From the human T2T-CHM13v2.0 reference genome, Homo sapiens: DNA of 64,000 nucleotides. The DNA is taken from NCBI RefSeq assembly GCF_009914755.1, contig NC_060947.1, one strand, 5' to 3'. Below the pieces are notes generated by a model. That model was given only the letters and a program-made list of their open reading frames with translations, did not search any database and was not told the origin of the DNA. Position 1 is the first letter of the stretch. The number at the start of each line of letters is the position of its first letter. Below are positions 1 to 14,109 of the stretch, in pieces. Position numbers and translations under genes: made by a program.

Positions 1-914
1 TGCAACTAAGAATTATTTCTTATGGGACCCTGCATTTCTTTTTCCTACTCCCTATATAATCCCCTCCAACTTCAGATAATCTCAAGCCTGTTCATCAATT
101 TAAAAAAAAAAAGTACTAAAAAAAGAGATTTCTACTTTATTTTTGGCTCACTCTTTAAGTTATGCACATAGGAATCTACATTTTCTAGCCTCCAAAGTGA
201 CGTGGATGGTAGGGACAGTAATGGAATGAAAAAGTACATCTGGTTGAGCTAATCAATTTCAAGCACTTGACTGTTTTTGCTTTTTGTTTTCCCATAGGGG
301 GAATCCAGAAGCCTTTCTAAAATAATATGAGAAGGCATGCTATTGAGAAAATTCCTCAAACATGAGTGTGAGGGTGTTGACAAAGCCTAGGAAGAGAGAA
401 ATTACTCGTTATGAATAGGGGTTCTATCTTTTGCTGATAAAAAATCAGGAGGAAAGAAGAAAAGCAAGAAGTTAGGGGAAAGACAATGCCATAGGAGGTG
501 AAGAATAGATCAAGACATTCTTTTTCCTGTATTTTATATTTCTCATGTATAATTTCATTGCATTTAATCCTTCTATTATCTTGAGCGTACAGAGAGTCTG
601 TAACATCTATTGGAATTACGCATGTAAAGTCTGTGTTCTAATGGAAGTAAAATTTGTTTTCTCAGTTAAAAATAGAGACAATTTTTTTCCAGGCCCTCTC
701 ACAAGAGTCTGGAATAAATCAACATGTTTACAAATACAATAAATGTGCTACAAGCCAATTGGGGATTTGTTTGTTCACATTTTCCCAATGGCTTTGGACA
801 GGCGGTTCAAAAATAAGCACAATTCTCCATGGAATTTCCACTGAGTAAGAGCTTGACAAATGAAATAAATCCAAGTGCTGATAAGAGAAAACATGTTTCT
901 TATAATGGGGAAGG

Positions 915-981
915 TGTATATACACATACATATATGTGTATTTGTGTGTGTACATATATATTTGTGTGTACATATATATAT
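915..981. repeat. (TA/TG)-type low-complexity microsatellite
   Basis: gtgtatatacacatacatatatgtgta...catatatata. Confidence 0.8.
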
Positions 982-1370
982 TCCACAATTTTTACTAAGG
1001 TAGTATATTGACATTGCTTTGCTGTCATTCCAGAGTATTGCAAAACGAAATGGATTCCCCACATGGCATGTAGCTTACATATTGTTGGTGAAACAAACAG
1101 GCATGACTCTAACAAATTTTTCCTCTAACCTGTTCTTATGACAATAATGACATCTAACATTCCTTAAGCACTTGTGTTGAGCTACGTATTTATAAATTAA
1201 CACAGACTATATAATCTTTTCCTAGTGGTAGAAGCAGTTTTCTCATTTTTCAGATTAGGATATTCATAGGACTAATTCCCTTCAAATAATAAACTGTTCT
1301 AGAGAGAGGGCTCCAAATTAAGCCAAGAAGACTTTATGCTGACAACTTATTTCTATTAGAATACTAGAGA

Positions 1371-1860
1371 ATTAATTCACTTATTCATTCACTAATGCAT
1401 CCACTTCTTTGGGCACCTAGAACAGCGTCTAGCACAAGATGTTCACTCAATAAATATTTGTTGAGTGAGTGAATGAATGAATGATTGAATGAGCAACTCT
1501 CATGTATAATCAGCTAGGCTCAGAGGGCTGGGAATGAAAAGTTGACGCCAATAGGGCTGATATCCTCAAGTCTGATAATAAAAATCTGCCTTGCAACTAA
1601 ATGGCAGCAATTAGAGACAGTTGTTATAACATGTTAAAAGGGAATTCTTGGAGAAAAATATAACTTAAGGTATGACCAGAAAAGGTTAGTGGAAGAGAGA
1701 TTTGACCCTCAGTATGGGGCTCAAGAAGCCAGGAATCATGAAAGGGAAAGAGAAGAATAGAAGAAAAAAATAGTTGGAAATTCACAAAGGGAAGAATTGC
1801 AAATAGAAGGCCAGGCCATGGCAAGAGGAAATTCACTGTATTATTCAAGTGAAGAAAGTG
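1371..1860. mobile_element. L2 (LINE2) fragments: + strand 3' end at ~1411-1493 and degenerate - strand pieces
   Basis: L2 3' signature cctagaacagcgtctagcaca...ctcaataaatatttgttgagtgagtgaatgaatgaatg. Confidence 0.6.
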
Positions 1861-1909
1861 TCCTCTCAAAATCTTAGATGAAAACTTTGGAAATTCCCAT
1901 TAAGCCAAG

Positions 1910-2235
1910 TGTGGTGGGCAGAATAATTCTTCTACCCACCCTGAAGATGTCCATGTTTTAATACCTAGAATCTTTGAATATATTCCTTTACATGACCAAA
2001 GGGACTGTAACTCTGCAGATGTGATGAAGTCAAGGAACTTGAGATGTAAAGAGGATGTCGAATTATTCAGGTGGGCTTAATATAGTCACAAGGTCCCTAT
2101 AATTGAAAGAGAAAGTTTTAGCTCTTTGAAACCCATTTCAGACTTATGACTGCCAGAACAGTAAGCAGTACGTGTGTGTTGTTTCAAGCCCATGTTTTTG
2201 ATAATTTGTTACAGCAGCAAGAGGAAACTGATACA
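1910..2235 (+). mobile_element. MaLR solo LTR, MLT1D-like, internally deleted
   Basis: Starts tgtggtgggcagaataat, contains caaagggactg...gcagatgtgat, ends acagcagcaagaggaaactgataca. Confidence 0.75.
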
Positions 2236-3613
2236 GTGAGCTAATCTAGAGGGGCACACATTGTCTTCTCAAATTCTTTTTTTTTTTCTTTTCTTTTCTG
2301 AGTGTCTTCACTTGGCATAATAAACACCCTTGGTAGCTCAAGAGCATTAAAAGCTGTATACTGATTCACATTTCTTACCTGAGAAACTTAGCAGAGTGGT
2401 GTTTAAGGTATTTAAAATGTTGAAGATAGCCTCACCCTTTGAATTGAACCTTCACTTGACCTTGTGCCTCTCATTGGTACAGTGCCCAGGTAAAATGATT
2501 CATATTGCTTTTCCCACCCTAAGGGCAAAATCATCAGCTCACATATTACAAGGAAGATCCACCACCTGTCATCTTCATTCTGGGGAAATACAGATGTGCA
2601 CATTATTTTTTTCACAGAAGTATGGATATCAGAAAAGCCTCTCAATGAGTTTTCAAAATATATAGGAGGAAACAGTCTATAACACATCAGTTCTTTACAT
2701 TGAGTCTGTTAACCTTTGCCTTGCCAACCTTTCCCTTCCTCTTTTCCCAGAGAAACCGATCAGTTCTTTCCACAGAAACATAAAAGACATTAGCTCACAA
2801 GACAGCATGTGTTTTCTTTTTTTGTAAGCTATGTTTGACCACAGCATGTATTTTCTTATCTTTCTGCAATGTCCGTGATGAAAAATGACTGTATTAGATC
2901 ATCAATAATTATGACATTTTCTGAGTTGGATAAAAACCCACTATCAAACGGATAACCTTCAAGGATTCACCAGAAAACATGGATTATATACTGCAGGTTT
3001 TTTCTTTTACTTTTTTTTTCCTTTTTAAAAGTGATACATACACAGTTCGCTTTTGGTGGGCGGGTGGGGCAGTGGTTGACTGTGAAAACATCACAGGTTC
3101 TTTAGATTTCTATGAAATGAGGAGATCCAACTGTGTTCCAATTTTAATGTAAAGTTGTCGGGATTTCTTTCCCCTTAACTTCAACCCTGCATGAACCTGC
3201 ATATACAAAAAGGTGTATTAGAGTCGATTCTTGATTTGAAACTAGGGCTTCTGATAGAAAAGAAATAGTAGACACACAATGACTGAGGTTCAGCCTTCTT
3301 GATCATGGGGCATAAATCAAACCCTAAAATCCAGACAGTCTTATCTTTAATTCACTTTACAGCCCTAAAGAGATGAGTGAGTTTTGATCTAACAGAATTC
3401 CTATTTTCCAAGCCCACAAAAAAATTTTGTTCAGGCCTGAGTTTGAATAAGTGCTAACATTTGTATTATTTCACTGTTTGTAATTGTCCACAAAGACAAT
3501 TAAGGTAGGAAACGAGTGACTGTTTTAAAAACATCAGCAGGTAGCCACATGATGAAATGAGTTCAGCTGGTTTTCATTTGCTCACATGTTCTATCAATAT
3601 GATTTAGAGTTAA

Positions 3614-3936
<323 letters not shown>

Positions 3937-5169
3937 TCAAACCTGAACTTTCCGAGATAACAGTACTAAAAATGTCATGTATTCTTTGATTGAATAATGA
4001 CAAGAGAAGGACTAATTAGGACAACATAGAATAATATCAAGTGCAACTCAGAGATCCAACATGAAAAGAAAGGCAATAGGAAGAGATGTTCTTCAAGGTG
4101 TATTAAGTGCCTATAAGGGCCCTAGATTGTTAGTAGGAGTTTCATGGAGACAGCAAAGTAGAAGTCAGAATTGGGGTGAGGGTATTTATGTTGGATAATA
4201 TCCTAGTATGAGTGCTAAGAACTTATGGGCAAGAAAGTGTCCAGGAAATAAATGTGATAAAATATTCCGTTCTAGAAAAGCCCAGTGGAAAATAAAGTGT
4301 TGGGTTGATGTATTTTACTGTAGTAGGATGAAGTTTGAGCTGATCTGTTAGTAAGGGAGAGTTAGAAAGGCAAAGCTGTTTTGAGCAAAGCAGTTCAGAG
4401 GACAAGAGTCAGTAGAGTTTAACAAATCACAATGACATTTTGTGATGAGAGAACAACAGTGGAATATGGTTTTTAATCTTGCATCCAACCATCTTTGAAT
4501 ATATGCTGTGATTGGTCTTGCTTTTTATTTTTATTATCCAGTCCTATGATGTGCAGTCTTTCTGTCAATGTTGTAGTTTTCGAATTTAAGAGGGAAGTAT
4601 CTCCATGAGAAATAAGAAGTATCCGATGGATGTGCTAACATCTCAGAGGATTTTTGTTTGGCTGCAGAGGACAAGGCTCCCAGAGTTGGAAAACCAGGGT
4701 GAAAATGGAGAATAAATGTATTTAGTGCTGGAGGAGGCAGCGTGTCCTCTTTGGGCAGGGTCTGTGAGATACAGTGGTAGGGTGCCTCATGAATGCACCA
4801 GGCTTCGTCTTGCCAGAAGCTGTGTGTCTAGCAGTAGAGAGGAAACTTTAACACCCTATGTTGCTTGCTCTAATACTCTCACCATAGGAGGAGAGAGACC
4901 CATCTGGAGGCTGCATGCAGCGGCCTCTCCCCTTCACTTTTCTACTAGCAAAGTTGAGCAATGGCTATGATCATGAGCTAGAAAAGAGCTTAGATTAATC
5001 TTCTTCATATATATAGTTCTCCTGCTGGTCTTTCACTATGCATCCTGAACTGCCCCCTACCCCCACCACACTCCCAGTGATGTGAATGCCTACTTACTAT
5101 TCCAAGTAACAATACATGTTTTGGTTTTGGACTCAGGCCGTCTAAACTTCCATATGAGATCTTTCCTTT

Positions 5170-5345
5170 GCTGTCCTTGCAATGTTGGAAGGTTCTTTAA
5201 CTGTTCTCTAGGATTCTTTGTTCTCATCTCTGAAACAGGGCAGATGGAATGATACCTCTCTCATTGACTTGTTGTGAGGATCAGAATGAGATGGTTCATG
5301 AGGAATGATTTGCACGGTGCCTGGTGGTAGTGATAGGCACTACCC
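5170..5345 (+). mobile_element. MIR fragment
   Basis: MIR core ttctcatctctgaaacaggg...gttgtgaggatcagaatgagatg...gcacggtgcctgg. Confidence 0.65.
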
Positions 5346-5499
5346 AGTGGTGGTCATGATGATTATGATACATCCATGAATTCTAATACTGTGAGCTCCG
5401 TTGATGGTGAGGAATAATCTGGCAGCTCCAGGAGGGAGTATACATTGCCATGCGATTGTTCTCTAATGCAGGTGTAGAGGTCTCCTTATGATCCCTAAT

Positions 5500-6510
5500 C
5501 ATTCTCTTGCTTCTCTAGAGCTTCCATTGACCTTCCTCCTTCTTCTTCTTGCTTTGTGCCCTGGGAGGATGACCAATGTGGGCTATGTCAGTGGATCCCA
5601 TGTCTCCTGTGGTGTGGGCAATGATAAGCCCTGTTGTTATAGGAACAATAGGTTTATATACCCATTGCACAGTAACATACCAAAACACCAAAGCAGCAGG
5701 GTTTGCAACAAGGAAAGAGTTTAATAATCACAGGGTGCTAAGTGAAGAGATGGGAGGGGACCTTCAAATCCATCTCCCCAAAGAGATCTTGGCTGAAGCT
5801 TTTAAGGGGATTGTGGAGGGCAAGGGGCTAGAACATTGGGGTCATTGTTCAGCGTAAGGGGGTTGAAATCATCAGGATGTGGCAACTGCATTCTTTGGGA
5901 AGTCAACTCCTTGCAGGGTCCTTTAGACCAGCTGGCATCAGTCATTTTTTTGGTATGCAGGTCCTGAAAGAATATCTTAAAGGAAAACTTAACTTTTCAC
6001 GATGCTTAAGTTGTTATCTATAGAGCAGTTATGGGGAGCTATAATCTAGACTCGGACAATAGATGCCAAACCACTATGAGGAAACAGGTCAGAGAGTGAG
6101 CTAACCTAGAGATTAATGCTGAATATGCTGCAAGCTTGCTTTATTTTTGTTTCTACCCCCCCCCCGTTTTTCTTTGATTATTTTTGTAAAGTTTATGGGG
6201 ATGGTATCACTGATGGGAAATCCAAGGAAGGGTGGAGAATAGAGATAGGTGCCTCTTCCCCCAGCGTGCTCCCTGTGAGGACATCTAGGGCTGGGATGAC
6301 CTCAACAGAGAAGACACCTGGTGTCTTCTTGAGGTGGCTGCTAGAGGCAAACTGCTTTCCTTCCAGATGTCAGGAGCCTGACCCTCACCAAGACTTCCTG
6401 CATGGTTTATGACCTCCCTACACACATTTCTACTTAATAAATTAAAACAACACAATCCTTTTACGGATAATCCTAATTTGAACATGCCCTTTGTTTCTCT
6501 TTAGGACTTT
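5500..6510 (+). mobile_element. Old ERVL-type LTR (LTR33/LTR16-like), split by the ERV1 LTR at 5635-6209
   Basis: 3' end aataaa...cctaatttgaacatgccctttgtttctc...ggact resembles LTR33-group termini; boundaries approximate. Confidence 0.45.
5635..6209 (-). mobile_element. ERV1-class (MER4-group) solo LTR
   Basis: TG...CA ends (tgttatagg...ggtatca), near-TSD ctgt/ctga, shares cttcaaatccatctccccaaagag block with the LTR at 59802-60389. Confidence 0.65.
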
Positions 6511-6648
6511 TTTTTCCTAGTATGCCCTATAGGCAGACACACTTTCGAGGTGATGAATTCCTGAACGATTCACAGAATGTGGGTTTGTGAATGCCAGCCT
6601 TTCAGGATAAAATGTGCTACTTGAAACAGCTTTGTGCAGATAAGTGTA

Positions 6649-6870
6649 TGATATCTGTTGCACAGTAGGGTGACTATAGTTAATAATAAAGTGTTATATA
6701 TTTCAAAATTGCTAAGAGAGTAAATGTCAGATGGTCTCACCACAAAAAAATAAGTATTTGAGGTGATGGATAGGTTAATGCACTTGATTTAATTATTCCG
6801 TATTATAAACATATATCAAAACATCACATTATACTCCATAAATATATACAATTATAACTTATCAAACAAA
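6649..6870 (+). mobile_element. L1MA-type 3' UTR fragment
   Basis: gggtgactatagttaataat...atttcaaaattgctaagagag...gaggtgatgga...aaacatcacatt. Confidence 0.85.
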
Positions 6871-6980
6871 ACTTTAAGAATTAAATAATTTAGTTAATTG
6901 AATAAAAGGCTTTGTAATATGAAAGCACCAGTAAATGTTGAGGTCTGGCCACAGAATCATTTTACTGAGCTGTGTTTTAA

Positions 6981-7311
<331 letters not shown>

Positions 7312-7355
7312 AAGTATGGTTTTGAACATGAACATAGTCAGCAACTCCTCACTCT

Positions 7356-7662
<307 letters not shown>

Positions 7663-9590
7663 TAGCATCACTCACTTTAAATGAACACATATCAAATGCA
7701 TAGTAACAGTCTTGATACCGTATGTATAGTAATAAGTCTTTTAACTATAAATGTTTTTTATTTGCGTAGATGGTTCACACTAAAAATTTACCATTAATTC
7801 CAATTTATGATACTAAGTTGTATGTCTGGCCATATAAGTATAGCAAACATACTACTTCTGTATTTAGGTTTGCTATTTAGTTCAGAACATTTCACTTTAA
7901 AATTTTACACAAATGAAATAGAAGAAATTATTCAATTTCTCCCAGCAACTGCAGGGAAATCCCAGCACATTATTTCCCTGGTTTTCAAACACCACCATGA
8001 CCACCACTGTATTGCTGTTCATCATAGAGGATTATCATTGATTGTGGCCCTTCTGCTGGAGATAAAAGTTCTCTTCTGATCATTTCATAATAGCCCATGA
8101 TATTAGATATCAGTTTGGGTGCTGGAATGACTGCAGAAAGGTCACTCATAATAGCGTGGGGGACAAGAGAGTAGCAGTGCTGCCTTCTGGGTCTGAACTG
8201 AAGCTCAATTCAGGGATCTCCTTTGAAATACTTTGGGTTTGTTCTGTTGGCCCATGGAAGAACCTGCAAAAATGTGTCTTTACCGAGAACTCAAATATGT
8301 AGCCCTAGTTCATTGACAGGAGACTATCTCTGGTGCAGTGAGTCTCCCAGGGCAGTTTCAGAACACAATAGTTCACTCTGAATTTATTCCTCCCTTAATC
8401 CTCTACCCATTTCTGGAAATATCTGCCTTTCCCTCGAAGTCAGGTATATTAAAAAACCTAGCGATAGCACTGGAGAAAACCTCTTGAAATGCAGAAAATA
8501 GAGTGTCAAATGCAATCAGGCATCAATAGAACCAGCCATCCATCCCCAAATTGATGCATCCAAGAGCACTGTACATAGTTTTTGTGTGTATTTAATAATA
8601 TTTTGTCCAATAGTTTTTGAGGCTCCACCAATGGTGAGAAATGCCTTAGAGACTGCAGCTTTGATATTCTCCAGTTGTCTTTAAGCATAAGACAGAATAT
8701 AAAGATAAAGCATAGACTCCATATTAAAAGCTCACCTTAAGTTCTATAAGAGATTTTATCTGAAGGAGTAAAATGCAGAAAATATTAGATGAGGAAGTTT
8801 CTGTGGGAATGAGAGGCTTGGTTAGCCCTTCATGTTGTATGTGAAAGAATTCCACCTATATTCGTGCTATTGAATGGATTTTCCTTTCCATCAACAGACA
8901 TATTGTAAATGTAGCCTTAATAATCAAGGCACTCAAAACTGTACGACTCTCCTTTTCTTGGTTGAGAAGCCTAATAAATGCTCTGAATTAATATTTAGAA
9001 GAAGAGGTGGGATTTACACATTTTCTCGTCATTAGCATAGCAAAGATAAATGTTTCCATTCTTTATGAACCTATGTATCAGCCCAGTTTTAGCTACTGAA
9101 CTTGACTATAAGTTAAGGTCTTTGAATATGTAGCATGCCAGAGTAGATATTGAAGCCTCTGATTCCTTAGGAAAGAGTGTTTGTGAAGGAGTAGTGGGGA
9201 TGGGTGGTGTATTATTATCTCTTGTTGCGCAACAGATAACCACAAACTTAGCGGCTTAAATCAACACCCATTTTTCTCACCATTTCCATGGGTCAGGAAT
9301 CTGGGTGCAACTTACCTGGGTCATATGCTCAGAATATCTCAGGGCTTCAATCAAGGTGTCATTAAGCTGTGCTCTCATCTGAAGACTTGGCTGGGGAAGT
9401 ATCTGCTTTCAAGCTCCATTGAGTTGTTGGCAGAAACCATTTTCTGGTGGCTACAAAATTCAAGGCAACTTGCGCCTTCAAATCCAGAAACTGAGAAGAG
9501 AGTCAGAGAGAAAGAGAGAAAGGAGGAGGGAGAGTCAAAGAGAAGATTCTGCTGCTTGGAGATTCTGACTTCAGGGTAGTTCTAGGTCCT

Positions 9591-9897
9591 TATTTTACTG
9601 TATTTATTTTTCAGACAGGTTCTCACTCTGTTGACAAGGCTGGAGTGCAGTGACACAACCACAGCTCACTGCAGCCTTGACTTCCTGGGCTCAAGTGATC
9701 CTCCTGCCTCAGCCTCCTGAGTAACTGGGACTGCAGGTGTGCACCACCAAACCTGGCTAATTTTTGTATTTTTTGTAGAGATGGAGTTTCGCCATGTTGC
9801 CCAGGCTGGTCGGAAACTCCTAGGCTCAAGCAATCCACCCACCTGCCTCTACCTCCCAAAGTGCTGGGATTAAAGATGTGATCCACCATGCCTGGCC
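9591..9897 (-). mobile_element. Alu (AluJ-like)
   Basis: Full Alu ending cctggcc at 9897. Confidence 0.93.
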
Positions 9898-9922
9898 AGG
9901 TCTTCCTTTAAAGGTACATCTA

Positions 9923-10265
9923 GGTCAGGTTTGGTGGCTCACGCCTGTAATCCCAGCACTTTGGGAGGCTGAGGTGTATCACCTAAGGTCAGGAGTTTGA
10001 GACCAGCCTGGCCGACATGGTGAAACCCTGTCTCTACTAAAAATACAAAAATTAGCTGGGCGTGGTGGCACGCACCTGTAATCCCAGCATCTTGGAAGAC
10101 TGAGGCAGGAGAATAGCTTGAACCCTGGAGGTGGGGGTTGCTGTGAGCCAAAATGCACGCAACTGCACTCCAGCCTGGGCAGCAAAGTGAGACTCTGTTT
10201 CAAAAAAAAAAAAAAAAAGAAAGAAAGAAAAAGAAAGAAAAGAAAAAAAGGAAAAGAAAAAAAAA
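9923..10265 (+). mobile_element. Alu (AluS-like) with long A/(GAAA) tail
   Basis: Full Alu; degenerate TSD aaaggtacatct/aaaggtgtacct. Confidence 0.95.
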
Positions 10266-11139
10266 GGTGTACCTGATTACATCAGGCTTATCCAAGATAA
10301 TATCCCTTTTGATTATGAGAACCTCAATTATTTCTGCAAAACCACTTTACTTTTGCCATGAAACATAACCATGGGAGTAATATCCCATTCTCTTTGCCAT
10401 ATTCTATAGGTTAGAAGGTCATAGGTCCTTCCCACATTCCAAGGAGAAAACCACACAAAGGCATGGATACTAGAGGGTGAAAATCCTGGGGGCCACCCTA
10501 GAGGTTCCCACCACAGACGGAAAATCAACCACTGCTCCTGTCCACTTTGAGCTGAACCTGGTTATCCAGTCAGCAGTTTACATTTGCAATACATTTAGAT
10601 TCATTTCGATGAATACTGTCCTAAGACCTTTCTCCATAGACACTTAGGAGAATCCTCCAAAATCTCCGGTGGGAAAAGAAGATGGGTAGTGGATCTTTCC
10701 ATTAATATCACGTGAAGTTGTGTCCTGATTAAAGATAAATCCAACGTAGATGACAATTCTAGCATTTTACTTCTCACCATCATTCTCTCTGAGCAATGTC
10801 AACAAAATAACAGATTCTATTCTAAACAGCCCTGGCCTGCTTTGAACTGTATGTGAACCTTTGGGACATTTACTGTCCATCCAATTGCCCGATCATAAAG
10901 ATTTCACTTTTCTAGATATTTCCAATACAGCAACCACCAGACTTAAAAAAACAAAGTCTGGTTTTCAATCCAGTGATTTAGTGGCTTTTAGTAACAGGGC
11001 ACACAAAGCCATTTCCTGTTTTTGGTTCTTCAGCCTGTAATCTAGAATGATTAAACTGATACTTGCTTCTATTCTCTTCATCTTCTGAGACGTGATTTTG
11101 GCTGCACTTGAAGGCATTAAGTCCACAATTTTTCAGAGT

Positions 11140-11938
11140 CTCCTATTTATGCACCAGCCACTGGGTTAGGGACTTTCACATGCAAAGAGAAGCAGTTTGG
11201 TGATTTCTCAAAGAACTTAAAACAGAACTTTCATTCAACCCAGCAATCCTGTTACTGAGTATATATCCAAAGGAATATAAATAGTTCTGTCATAAAGATA
11301 CATGCATGCCTATGCTCATCACAGCACTATTCACAGTAGCAAAGACATGAATTCAGTGTAAATGCCCACGAAGAGCAGATTGGATAAAGAAAATGTGGTA
11401 CATATACACCATGGAATACTATGCAGCCAATAAGAAGAATGAGACCTTGTCCTTTGCAACAACATGGATGGAGCTGGAGGCTATTTTCCTAAGCAAACTA
11501 ATACAGGAACAGAAAACCAAATCCTGCATGTTCTCACGTGTAAATGGGAGCTCAACACTGAGTACACATGGACACAAAGATGGAAACAATAGACACTGGG
11601 GACTACACGATGGGGGAGATTGGGAGGAGAGTGAGGATCGAAAACTACTTATTGGGTACTATGCCTATCAGCTGGGTGATGAAATAATCTGTACACCAAA
11701 CCCCCATGACATGCAATTTATGTATATGATAAACCTGCACATGTACCCCTGAACCTAAAATAAAATAAAATAAATTTTTTAAAAAGACATCCCTTAGTGA
11801 TCTTTGGAAATCATTAATTTTTATTCTTACTTTACAGGTAGGGAAGTGGTGGTCACAAGTGTCTTGACTGCCTCAAGGTCATTCAGTTAATAAGGTATCT
11901 TAAACCCAGGTAGGTTTGACCTAAGCACCGTGATCTCT
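11140..11938 (-). mobile_element. MIR split by an L1 insertion
   Basis: ccactgggttagggactttcacatgca before the L1; ttattcttactttacagg...tgactgcctcaaggtcattcag...aaacccagg after it. Confidence 0.55.
11190..11785 (+). mobile_element. 5'-truncated L1 (L1PB-like), ORF2 C-terminus plus 3' UTR
   Basis: ORF 11393-11752 MWYIYTMEYYAA...WMELEAI.LSKL matches the L1 ORF2p C-terminus; A-rich tail. Confidence 0.92.
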
Positions 11939-12071
11939 GATGAACCTGTATTATCAAACTGGGGTTGTTAAGCCCTTGGAAGCCTATTAATTAAGCCATG
12001 AAGCCAGAAAGCCTCATTCTGGAAACTATTCCACATTATAACAAATTCTTCCCTGTTAGTTTGCACTACAT

Positions 12072-12321
12072 CAGTGGTTCTCAACCAGTGGCAGTTTGGC
12101 CCCACCTCTCTACCACTGGCCAGGAGACATTTGGAAAGTCTGAAGACATTTCTGGTTGTCATACCTGGGGGGCAGGGCTGCTGCTGTCCACTAATGGGTA
12201 GAGACCAGAGATGCTACTAAATATCCCACAATGCACATCACCCCTCCAAACCCCCTCAGCAAGGAATTATCTGGCCCCAAATGCCAGCAGAGCCAATGTT
12301 AGTAAAGGCTGAGAAACTCCA
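12072..12321 (+). mobile_element. MER20 hAT-Charlie DNA transposon
   Basis: cagtggttctcaacc...gagaaactcca; perfect 8-bp TSD cactacat at 12064-12071 and 12322-12329. Confidence 0.9.
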
Positions 12322-13308
12322 CACTACATTTTGACTTAATAAACTGTTTCTCAAACATTATTTTTAGAAAAAGCAAAAAAAAAAAAAAAATCCCTTTGCT
12401 ATTCTGCTGTAGTTCTACATATATAAATACTGCATTCAGCACTGATGGCCATAGCATTTAATCCAGTTCATTTTTATGATTCTTGTCTCCTTTGCCTTTT
12501 CAACTCTTTGTCTATGTTTTTTTCCTGTGGGTAAGTGTTTTGCTGCTACAAATTTGTTTATTGTTGCTTGTTATTTCTCTGTGGTTTGCTATTTATTCTG
12601 CAGCTCTGGGATACTTATTAGGGGTGCTATATAAAATAAATAACAATAATGACAATGTTTACAGTACTTATCCCTAACAATTTTCCGGGCATCATGAAAG
12701 AAGACACAGAGAAACAAATGACAAAGGAGTTAGTTTGCATTTTTGCGTTTTTCCTATAAATAAGTACAGACCAGCTTCCCTCTGTCGTGAAATATTTATA
12801 GATTACTTTTTCAGGGTAAGTTTGCGATAAGTGCTTGAATGTGTTTCACCCTTGGATACATTCAATTTGTCTTCATTTTACAGTTTATTCTGTTAATTAG
12901 AAAAGGTTATAAGATTAATAACTAGTCATTGCTAATGCATTCAATGGACTGAACATTGAGTGTGATGAGGGGTTTTCTCCCCCTAAAGGGACATAAATGA
13001 TCAGTTTATATGGATCCCATCAAACCTCTGATGAAGTGCACTGCACACAAAATGTGCTCAAGATTACAATGGCCTTTTGGTGATTTTCAAAACCATCCAA
13101 ACATCAAAAATGCAATTATATTCTGTGTGCATAATAAATTAACTATCATGGGAGGGGCTGGTTGCTATTAATTGAGATGGAGCAAATCATGTGAGTGGGA
13201 CTCTAGCTGAAGATGTGTAACAATTACAAATGTATTCAAAATACCAAAACTTTATACTTGTGTAGGGTTTTACTATTGCCAAAGGATTTTCACATAGATG
13301 CATTTTGA

Positions 13309-13645
<337 letters not shown>

Positions 13646-14109
13646 TAAAAAAAAAAATCTATAGCAATTAAAAAAGTGATTCAACCTCATGAAGTGGGTA
13701 GAAAACTGGAACTAAACCCATTTCTAGTGACTTTGAGTCCATTCCTCTTTATATTAGAAACCACATCTGTTTTGGGGGAAAACAGAATATTAACAAAATT
13801 ATATAGCTTGGGCATACCATACAAGTCATTTAGTAAAGAAAAAATTATTTGTGGATTCAGAGGTTTGACAAAAAAAAAACCTCTGCTGAAATGATGATAC
13901 TCTCATCCATTCAGCTGAGCTCCTGCCTGGTCTGCAGATGCCTTTGAGGACTTCAGGCAGAAATGCAGAAGAAGCTGTGGGTAATTGATGTCCAGTAGCT
14001 TGACCATAGCTTTAAAAGCACCCTGGGGCAAGCAAGCAATGGAAGGTACTTCACCAAGAAACCACAGAGAGCTTGCTTTGTCTGTAACCATCTTCTGAGG
14101 GATTTTGTC

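Larger units (their letters stand above)
9208..10515 (-). mobile_element. MaLR LTR (MLT1E/F-like) interrupted by two Alus
   Basis: tgtatt...cacaaacttagcggcttaaa...ggtcaggaatctgg before the Alus; resumes at 10266 and ends ...ggccaccctagaggttcccaccaca. Confidence 0.75.

Noticed and set aside
270-375. Strong + strand splice acceptor (ttttgttttcccatAG at 296-297)
   Set aside because: No convincing downstream donor or reading frame; isolated acceptors are common.
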